Below, one piece after another: positions 56,940-64,000 of a stretch of DNA of 64,000 nucleotides. The position numbers and the translations under genes were made by a program. This stretch comes from an uncultured delta proteobacterium (GTDB lineage: Bacteria; Myxococcota_A; Polyangia; Fen-1088), in the NCBI GenBank assembly GCA_963755125.1, contig CAVWIP010000017.1, positions 192,001 to 256,000 on the forward strand. The letters run 5' to 3'. The first letter of the stretch is position 1. Every line of letters begins with the position of its first letter. The notes under the pieces are model-generated. The model saw only the letters and a list, made by a program, of their open reading frames with translations. It did not search any database and was not told where the DNA came from.

Positions 56940-58018
56940 CACGCTGCTCCCGAGAACCACCTGGGCTCCGTGCGCAGCTGGAATTCGCGCTCGTCACCCG
57001 GTTGAAACTGGAAATTGAAGGGCAGTCGGTACACGACATAAAAGCGCTGCTGATCCGGCAGCAGAACCAGCATATGTGGCATCAGGCTGCGACGGCCGAT
57101 TCGCCCGTTCACTGTGTAGTCGGCCACAATGCCAAAATCCGGCATGGACATTTCCAGCACGGGTGTTGCTGCCAGAAGGTTATCGAGCCGAATTGTGGGT
57201 GCCATTGTGGGCACAGGAATGACCCAATCGGGATGGGCGCGATAGTTGACGGCAACAGGGATCTCGCGCTTGATTTCGGCAAGCGGCGGCGGGGGCGACA
57301 GTTTGGGATTCTCTCTCGCCGGGCGAGCGACCCACAGGGGAACGTCGATGGGAATCGTGGCCCAGCACATGGGCAAGGGCGCGTCCTCCCAGCGGGCAAT
57401 CAGCGCGCGCGGATCTTCCAGGTTGGGCAGGCGGCGCACATAGCCCGCCGGGAGCAGGGGATAGCCACGCGGCGCTTTCAGCAAGTCCCCCAGTTCGCGC
57501 GCCATGCGCTCGGCGTCGAACCCGAGGCCGTGCTTGTTGCAGGTGTCGGACAGATCGAAGACCGACTCGCGGTCCAGGTTGATGGGAACCGTCCCGCCAA
57601 AGGCGCGGCTGTAGGTGAGCGGCATCTTCGTGAAGGGTTCGGGTCGCGAAGCAATCTTGCGATCGACCGCCCAGCACCGGTTGCCAAACACGAGAAGCTC
57701 GCGGCGCACCTTGCCCACGGTCAGTGCCACGGTCAGCGTGGACACTGGGCGCTCGCGCGAGGCATAGGCATGTCCCAGAACAATGACCTCCAGCGAGGCA
57801 TCGGCACGCGGTTGCAGGTCAGCCGGGAGATCCCCGAGCGGCGTTTTTTCGTCCTGCACGAGAAGAGGAAACGGCTCTTGCGTTTCGAGTTCGACCCGTC
57901 CCTGGCTGTCGAATCGGAAAGTGGCCTTGGCGGTCAACAGACCGATTCGTTGGGTCGAGCCCTCGAAGTCGGAGGTCGTGACCGTCGCCGGAACCGCTGT
58001 CTGGTTGACCAGCCGCAT
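56939..58018 (-). CDS. DUF2169 T6SS accessory/adaptor protein
   Basis: MRLVNQT, AKATF, EVIVLGHAYA, VFGNR.W, PEPFTKMPLTYSRAFGG, LPNLEDP. Confidence 0.82.
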   Translation of the reverse strand: MRLVNQTAVPATVTTSDFEGSTQRIGLLTAKATFRFDSQGRVELETQEPFPLLVQDEKTPLGDLPADLQPRADASLEVIVLGHAYASRERPVSTLTVALTVGKVRRELLVFGNRCWAVDRKIASRPEPFTKMPLTYSRAFGGTVPINLDRESVFDLSDTCNKHGLGFDAERMARELGDLLKAPRGYPLLPAGYVRRLPNLEDPRALIARWEDAPLPMCWATIPIDVPLWVARPARENPKLSPPPPLAEIKREIPVAVNYRAHPDWVIPVPTMAPTIRLDNLLAATPVLEMSMPDFGIVADYTVNGRIGRRSLMPHMLVLLPDQQRFYVVYRLPFNFQFQPGDEREFQLRTEPRWFSGAA

Positions 58019-58084
58019 TGCCTGTTTTTCGGCAACGCCAGGAATTAGTTGCGGGCTTCACGTCAGAAGTGCAGCAGCGCCCAG

Positions 58085-58531
58085 CTATCCGAACTTGCCG
58101 GAAATGTAGTCGTGTAGCTGATCGATCAGACTCTGTTTTTCGGAGATGATGGCCTTGACCACGTCGCCGATGGAGATCAACCCCAGAAAGCGCGAACCGT
58201 CGAATACCGGCAGGTGGCGCACGTGCTTTGCGGTCATCAGGACCATGCAGTCTTCCAGCGTGTTGGCGGGCGCAACCGTGTGCATGCGCTCGACCGGCGT
58301 CATGATCTCTGCGGCGGCGGTTTCGCGCGACGTCTTGCCCTGCAGCGGGATCTTCCGAGCGTAGTCACGTTCGGACAGGATTCCCCGCACCGCCCCGGTT
58401 TCGTCGAGCACCATCAGCGCGCCAATCTCCATCTCGCTCATGAGTTTCAGGGCTTCGAACACTGTCGCCCTGGGTTGGATGGAGCAAATCGCCTGGTCCT
58501 TCGCCTCCAGAATGTCCTTCACTGTCTTCAT
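58085..58531 (-). CDS. CBS-domain pair protein
   Basis: IGALMV, GILSERDY, VRHLPV, GLISIGDVVK. Confidence 0.92.
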   Translation of the reverse strand: MKTVKDILEAKDQAICSIQPRATVFEALKLMSEMEIGALMVLDETGAVRGILSERDYARKIPLQGKTSRETAAAEIMTPVERMHTVAPANTLEDCMVLMTAKHVRHLPVFDGSRFLGLISIGDVVKAIISEKQSLIDQLHDYISGKFG

Positions 58532-58631
58532 GACGCCTTCTCCCTTGTCCCGCGCTCACACATTAAAGTTAGCATATCCCCGCCGCGGGATTGACCTCGC
58601 CCTCACGAATCGGCGATAACTCGGCCTCGCA

Positions 58632-59855
58632 GTGATCATCGTACAGAAATTCGGCGGCACTTCTGTCGGCACAGTCGAGCGCATCAAGAATGTCGCGCGT
58701 CGTTGCCTGGCCACGCAACGCCAGGGCCACAAGGTGGCCGTCATCGTCTCCGCCATGTCGGGCGAAACCAACCGCTTGCTCGGTCTCGCGCAGCAGATGC
58801 ACGTCGAGCCCGACGAGCGCGAGTTGGACGTTATCGCGTCCACCGGCGAGCAGGTGTCGGTCGGGCTGCTGGCCCTGGCCATCCATGCCGAGGGCGGCAA
58901 GGCCGTGTCGCTGCTCGGTCACCAGATCCGCGTGCTGACCGACAGCGCCTTTGCCCGGGCGCGCATCCGCGATGTCGAAGTCCAGGCCATCGAAGAAGCC
59001 TTTGCCCAAGGCAAGGTCGCGGTGATCGCCGGTTTTCAAGGCGTGGACGATGCGGGCAACATCACGACGCTGGGACGCGGCGGCTCGGACACATCCGCCG
59101 TGGCCGTGGCAGCGGCGCTCAAGGCCGACGTCTGCGAGATCTACACAGATGTGGACGGTGTCTACACCGCGGACCCCAACGTGGTGCCCGGTGCGCGCAA
59201 GGTCGAACGTATCAGCTATGAGGAGATGCTGGAGCTGGCGTCGCTGGGAGCCAAGGTTTTGCAGATCCGGTCGGTCGAGTTCGGGATGAAGTACGCTGTC
59301 CCGATTCACGTCCGATCGAGCTTCAACGACAACGAAGGGACGTGGGTCGTGCCTGAAGAAAAAGCGATGGAAGCAGTCTTGGTGTCCGGTGTGACCGCCA
59401 CCCGAGACGAGACCAAGATCACCATGGTCGGCATCTCGGACGCCACCGGCATTCATTCCAAGGTGTTCAGGCCCCTGGCCGACGCCGGCGTCGGTGTGGA
59501 CACCATCGTCCAGGCCCTTTCGGCCGAGGGTCGCACCGACTTGACCTTCACGGTGAGCAAGGGCGACAGCAAGCGGGCACGCGAACTTCTCATCAAGCAC
59601 TGCGCCGATTTCTGTGCGCCCGAGCACATACGCACCGTCGAGAACCTGTCCAAGGTATCGATCGTGGGCGTGGGCATGCGTTCGCACGCTGGCGTGGCGC
59701 TCAAGATGTTCGAGGCGCTGGCCAAGGAGAACATCTACATCCACCTGATCTCGACGTCGGAAATAAAGATCTCATGCGTCATCGACGGCAAGTACAGTGA
59801 ACTGGCCGTCCGCGCCCTGCACGACGTCTTTGAACTGGGTGGCAAGAACAACTAG
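58632..59855 (+). CDS. lysC: Aspartate kinase
   Basis: [33 protein letters not shown], two ACT domains, STSEIKIS. Confidence 0.96.
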   Translation: MIIVQKFGGTSVGTVERIKNVARRCLATQRQGHKVAVIVSAMSGETNRLLGLAQQMHVEPDERELDVIASTGEQVSVGLLALAIHAEGGKAVSLLGHQIRVLTDSAFARARIRDVEVQAIEEAFAQGKVAVIAGFQGVDDAGNITTLGRGGSDTSAVAVAAALKADVCEIYTDVDGVYTADPNVVPGARKVERISYEEMLELASLGAKVLQIRSVEFGMKYAVPIHVRSSFNDNEGTWVVPEEKAMEAVLVSGVTATRDETKITMVGISDATGIHSKVFRPLADAGVGVDTIVQALSAEGRTDLTFTVSKGDSKRARELLIKHCADFCAPEHIRTVENLSKVSIVGVGMRSHAGVALKMFEALAKENIYIHLISTSEIKISCVIDGKYSELAVRALHDVFELGGKNN

Positions 59856-59885
59856 CTCGGGCCAGTTGCGGTAGTATGGCCCGCA

Positions 59886-61868
59886 TTGCTGCCTGACGTT
59901 CCCGACATCGGCGAAGACCTTCTGCTTGGACGCACGCTGCTCGAGCAGGGCCATCTGAGCACGGCCCAGCGCGTGCTGGTGAAGCTGTGCCAGCAGCACC
60001 CGGAGAATGCAGAGGCGTTTCGCGGTTTGGGCGACGTGTTGCACCGCAAGGGCGACGAAACCCGCGCACGGATCATCAGCGAGTACGCGGCGGACCTGCG
60101 CGTTCCCGACCCCAGGACGCCTTTGCCCGAGGGTCAATCGGTCGAGCCCGTCCCGGCGCAGGCGCCAGGGCGGCAGCCGCCACCGGTGCCGGGCGCGCAG
60201 CGGGCCGATCCGGTCACGCCGCAAGTGGATCTCATCACGCCGCAGGCCGAGTTTGTCACGCCGGAGATTGAGCCTGTCACTGCGCCAGCCGAGGCAGCCA
60301 CGGCGCTCACCATGCCGTCCCCGGGCCAGCCCGCAGCGCTCCCGACCGAGGCGAGCAGGCCGGCCAAGCCGGCTGCCAAGTCCGGGAAGGGGAAGTACCT
60401 GGCGGCCGTTGCGGCTCTCGTGCTGCTGACCGGCCTGGGAATCCTCGCCTATCGCGTCTACAAGCCGTCGCAACGTCGCGGTCTCTTGCCGCGCGAGGAG
60501 CTGGACAGCGCGCTGTCGTCTGGATCGTTTGATCGCCTGGTGCGCGCCCGCGATCGGGCACGTGCGGCTCTTGCTGGCGCAGAACCTGACGGCGACGCCT
60601 TGGTGCGGCTGGCGCTGGTCGAAGCGCTCCTAGCCCTCGACCAGGGGGTGGCGGGAGCGAAAGGCGTCGAGGCAGCGCTCGCACGGTTGCCGCCAGCCGA
60701 CCAAGCGAACCCGCAGCGTCTCGTACTGGTCGAGGTGGCACGCGCGCTGCTGGCCCTGGCTGACGGAGATCGCGATGCGGCCAAGCAGCACGTGGATGCC
60801 GGTCTGACCAGAGCTGGCGCGAATCCTCCGCCCGCGCTGCTTTTTGCCTCGGCGCGGGTTCGTGCGCTGGCCGGCGACGGCACCGGGGCTGAGAAGGATC
60901 TGGATCGGGCAATGCAATTGGCCCCTGATTTTGCCCCGGTTGTCGCCGACTGGGCCACGCAACGGCTCGACAGCGGGGATGCCCTGGCCGCACGCCGCGT
61001 GGCGCGGGAGTTCCTTGCCAAGAACAAGGCGGCGGCGCGCGTGCAGTTGGTGGCCGCCGAGGCTGAGCGCGCCCTGGGAGATAGTGGCTGGACCAAGCAC
61101 ATAGATTCGGCGTGCCACGACGAGAGCCGGGGTTCGCGCGCTCTACGCTCGGCCTGCTCGCTGGCATCGGCCCTGCACGCGCGACTTGACGGTGAGCGGC
61201 CCATAGCCGTGCGCAAGGCGCGAGCCGCGGGCCAGATTTCCGACGATCCGCGCGTGCTGGGCGATTCGGCGCTGGTGCTCGCTTCACTGGGCGAGATTGA
61301 TGCTGCCGACGAGGTGCTGGCGCGCGCACGCAAGCTGGCCGACGACACGGCTGTGCCGCTGGCCTGGGCGAATCTGGCGATTCGTCTCGGGCGCGGCCAG
61401 ACGGGCAGGACGGCGTCGCCGGCTGAACGGCCAGCCCAGCCCGAGCGTCGTCTCGTCGCCTTGCGGGCTTCGTACCTGAAGGATGGCGGCGCGGCACTGG
61501 CGGCGGGCCTCAAGAATGAGCCTGTGGCCCCGAACGAGATCGACGCTGACCTGCGCACCTTCGCGGAGCTGGGCCGTGAGGGAGGCGTTTCCCGAAGCGA
61601 TCGGGCCACGCTCGAACGACGGGCCGAGCGCGGCAACCCGATTGCGGCCTTCGTCCTCGGGGTCTTGGCGGCGCGCGAGGACGACCACAAGCAGGCGGCA
61701 AAATGGCTGGAGAAGGCTCTGGCAGGCCATGGCGACGCATGCCGCGCGGCACTTCTTTACCTTTCCGCGTTGCAAGCGCAGGAACGGCCCTCGCAGCCAA
61801 ACCGGGTGGCCCTGCGCGCTTTGCACGCCCGCAACGCACAGTGCCCGATTCCGGAAGTCTGGTATTGA
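59886..61868 (+). CDS. TPR-repeat membrane-anchored protein
   Basis: N-terminal TPR, Pro-rich linker, TM segment and Ala-rich helical repeats. Confidence 0.7.
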   Translation: MLPDVPDIGEDLLLGRTLLEQGHLSTAQRVLVKLCQQHPENAEAFRGLGDVLHRKGDETRARIISEYAADLRVPDPRTPLPEGQSVEPVPAQAPGRQPPPVPGAQRADPVTPQVDLITPQAEFVTPEIEPVTAPAEAATALTMPSPGQPAALPTEASRPAKPAAKSGKGKYLAAVAALVLLTGLGILAYRVYKPSQRRGLLPREELDSALSSGSFDRLVRARDRARAALAGAEPDGDALVRLALVEALLALDQGVAGAKGVEAALARLPPADQANPQRLVLVEVARALLALADGDRDAAKQHVDAGLTRAGANPPPALLFASARVRALAGDGTGAEKDLDRAMQLAPDFAPVVADWATQRLDSGDALAARRVAREFLAKNKAAARVQLVAAEAERALGDSGWTKHIDSACHDESRGSRALRSACSLASALHARLDGERPIAVRKARAAGQISDDPRVLGDSALVLASLGEIDAADEVLARARKLADDTAVPLAWANLAIRLGRGQTGRTASPAERPAQPERRLVALRASYLKDGGAALAAGLKNEPVAPNEIDADLRTFAELGREGGVSRSDRATLERRAERGNPIAAFVLGVLAAREDDHKQAAKWLEKALAGHGDACRAALLYLSALQAQERPSQPNRVALRALHARNAQCPIPEVWY

Positions 61869-61903
61869 CCGGGCAGGGTGGCCAAGCTAAATCCGCCGTT
61901 CCA

Positions 61904-62476
61904 ATGGCCACCTACGACACATCCGACATCCGCAAGGGACTCAAGGTCATGATGGACGGCTCGCCCTACACCGTGGTCGAGTTCCAGTTCATCAAACCGG
62001 GCAAGGGCGCGGCCTTCACGCGCACGAAGTTCAAGAACCTGCTCTCGGGCGCGGTCATCGAACGCAACATCCGATCCGGCGAAAAGATGGAATCGGCCAA
62101 CGTCGAGACCAAGACCATGCAGTACCTGTACAAGGAAGCCGACAGCTTCGTGTTCATGGACACCAGCACCTACGATCAGGTGCACATTCCCTCCGAGACC
62201 ATCGGCGACGACGCCCTTTTCATGCCCGAGCAGATCGTGGTCGAGGTGCTGTTCTTCAATGAGCGCGCGGTGGGGGTGACCCTGCCCAACTTCATCGAGC
62301 AGAAGATCCTGGCGACCGAGCCCGGGTTCCGCGGCGACACCGCGACGGGCGTGACCAAACCGGCCAAGATATCCACCGGCGCGACCATCGCGGTTCCTCT
62401 CTTCATCAACGAGGGCGATACCATCAAGATCGACACGCGTTCAGGTGAGTATCTGGAGCGCGTCGGGCGCGCTTAG
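61904..62476 (+). CDS. efp: Elongation factor P
   Basis: KPGKGAAF, MQYLY, PGFRGDT, VPLFINEG..IDTRSGEYLER. Confidence 0.97.
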   Translation: MATYDTSDIRKGLKVMMDGSPYTVVEFQFIKPGKGAAFTRTKFKNLLSGAVIERNIRSGEKMESANVETKTMQYLYKEADSFVFMDTSTYDQVHIPSETIGDDALFMPEQIVVEVLFFNERAVGVTLPNFIEQKILATEPGFRGDTATGVTKPAKISTGATIAVPLFINEGDTIKIDTRSGEYLERVGRA

Positions 62477-62505
62477 CTCGCCTCCTGCGGTGGTGGTGCT
62501 GTTCG

Positions 62506-63507
62506 GTGAACCCCACCAGCAGAAAAGCAGGACTCGAGGCCCGCGCGGAAATCCGACGGGCGGTGCGTTCATGGTTTGAAGGGCAGGGGTTCCTCGAGGT
62601 CGAGACGCCGGCGCGCGTTTTCTCGCCCGGCCAGGAGGTTCACCTGCAAGCCATTCCGGCCGGTGAGGGGCGTTACCTCATCACCTCGCCCGAGTATCAC
62701 ATGAAGCGGCTGGTGGCGGCTGGCTTGCCGCGCATCGTGCAGATCGGTCGCTGCTGGCGTGGTGGCGAGAAGGGCAGCCTTCACGAACCCGAGTTCACCA
62801 TGATCGAGTGGTACCGGGCCGGCGCCAGCCTGGATGAGATCGCGCGCGACTGCGAAGCGCTCATCGAGGTGGCGGCGCGTGCCGTTGGACATTGGCCGGC
62901 GGTCGACGTACCGGCTGGCCGCGGGCGGGCAGAGAAGCCCGAGAGGCTGGCGGTCGAGTCACCGTTCGAGCGGCTCACCGTGCGCGAGGCGCTCTCACAC
63001 TTTGCCGGGATGAGCTTGTGCGGCGACGAGAGCGTGGACGAGTTGCGCGGCCTGGCGATGCGCGCTGGCTGCAACCCGGGCAGCGCCGCAACCTGGGACG
63101 ATGTCTTTTTCCAAATCTTTCTCGACCGAGTCGAGCCGCGCCTTGGACGCGACCGACCGACCTTCGTTCTTGATTGGCCGTTGCCCTTGGCTGCGCTGGC
63201 CCGACGCAAGCCAGACGATCCTCTGACCGTCGAGCGCTTCGAACTCTACGCCGGCGGGCTGGAATTGGCCAATGCCTTTGGCGAGCTAGGCGACCCGGTC
63301 GAGCAGCGCGCACGTTTTGTCGAGGAGGCGACGTTGCGGCGGCAGCGGGGCAGGGTGGTCTACCCCATCGACGAGAAGTTGCTGGCCGCCTTGGCCACCA
63401 TGCCGCCCACCTGCGGCGTGGCCATGGGTTTCGACCGCCTGGTCATGCTGGTCACCGGCGCCGATAGCATCCGCGACGTCATGGCGTTCGCAGATGACGA
63501 AGTGTGA
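62506..63507 (+). CDS. epmA: EF-P lysine aminoacylase EpmA/GenX
   Basis: FLEVETP, YLITSPEYHMKRL, HEPEFTMIEWY, ERFELYAGGLELANAFGEL, GVAMGFDRLVM; adjacent to efp. Confidence 0.95.
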   Translation: MNPTSRKAGLEARAEIRRAVRSWFEGQGFLEVETPARVFSPGQEVHLQAIPAGEGRYLITSPEYHMKRLVAAGLPRIVQIGRCWRGGEKGSLHEPEFTMIEWYRAGASLDEIARDCEALIEVAARAVGHWPAVDVPAGRGRAEKPERLAVESPFERLTVREALSHFAGMSLCGDESVDELRGLAMRAGCNPGSAATWDDVFFQIFLDRVEPRLGRDRPTFVLDWPLPLAALARRKPDDPLTVERFELYAGGLELANAFGELGDPVEQRARFVEEATLRRQRGRVVYPIDEKLLAALATMPPTCGVAMGFDRLVMLVTGADSIRDVMAFADDEV

Positions 63508-63684
63508 GGGGTGAGGACATTCATCTCGTCAGCCACCCGCCGACGAGAACGCTGGGGTGAGGGGGGAGGACACGGAGTCAGAGAAGCCGTAGTCGTGCCT
63601 GACACCGCACCCGGCGAGGAAAAAGCTCTGGTCTTCGCGTGACCTTTGCCCAACAATCGCATCCAATTCGCCCGGAGGTGCTGC

Positions 63685-64000
63685 ATGTTCGACCCGAGAA
63701 ACCCTACTTGCTCGCCAGCACGGAAAGCGAATCTCCCTGCTGTGGCCGCACTGACGACGCTTGTTTCAACATTCGTGGGTGGCCGCGCTCTTGCCCAAGA
63801 CACTGCGTCCGAGCCCTCCGCGGCGCCGGCCGAGGCGTCCGAGCCCAAGCCTGCGGCGCCGGCCGAGGCATCTGAGCCCAAGCCTGCGCCTCCAGCCGAG
63901 GCGCCGAAGGCAGAACCCGCCCCACCACCGGTTCCGGCCGCCAAGCCCGACGCCCCTCCCGCGGCGCCGCCGGCGCCGGCTGTCGAATGGAAGGCGCAGA
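63685..64000 (+). CDS. Secreted/outer-membrane protein with Pro-Ala-Glu repeats, 3' end outside the window
   Basis: RBS GGAGG, signal peptide ending ALA-Q, 33-nt repeats (AAPAEASEPKP), frame open to the window end. Confidence 0.6.
   Translation, partial: MFDPRNPTCSPARKANLPAVAALTTLVSTFVGGRALAQDTASEPSAAPAEASEPKPAAPAEASEPKPAPPAEAPKAEPAPPPVPAAKPDAPPAAPPAPAVEWKAQ

Noticed and set aside
63508..63684. Possible riboswitch upstream of the last gene
   Set aside because: Only a short CTCGTC/GACGAG stem; no conserved riboswitch core recognised.
63805..63900. 33-nt tandem repeats as a non-coding array
   Set aside because: In-frame Pro/Ala/Glu linker of a secreted protein.
1..64000. Many long antisense or alternative-frame ORFs (e.g. 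753..1670-, 11818..13293+, 29245..30819+, 43514..45286-, 58569..59744-)
   Set aside because: Shadow ORFs of high-GC genes; they overlap well-supported CDS and carry no motifs.
1..64000. CRISPR array, tRNA, rRNA, integrase or transposase
   Set aside because: No regularly spaced repeat-spacer units, cloverleaf/T-loop signatures or recombinase motifs were seen by eye.

Overview
High-GC, gene-dense bacterial chromosome segment, most consistent with a Myxococcota (Polyangia/Haliangium-like) organism: Ser/Thr kinases, FHA proteins, a small MXAN_4361-type RHH protein and Cys-rich lipoproteins. The housekeeping backbone is glgP, typA, hinT, surA/parvulin-mfd, dksA, cysQ, trmL, a HelD-like helicase, aspartate kinase and efp-epmA. 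Notable accessory content: (1) type III secretion sorting-platform/ATPase genes (SctK-like, SctL, SctN and a lone SctQ) with no export-gate or ring genes in the window; (2) a nickel/hydrogen island with nikR, tonB, a TonB-dependent receptor, an exbB-exbD deletion remnant, two candidate NikR operators, cutA and a group 3d hoxFUYHW operon ending in a response regulator; (3) a translationally coupled four-gene operon of DUF2169, divergent PAAR-like protein, DUF2169 and a gp5/gpV-like mini-spike, with no VgrG hub, T6SS core or immunity gene; (4) small palindromic MITE-like elements, one inserted in frame into an MFS transporter; (5) predicted pseudo-enzymes and deletion-fused gene remnants. No rRNA, tRNA or CRISPR array was seen. 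All calls come from reading motifs by eye; no database searches were run.
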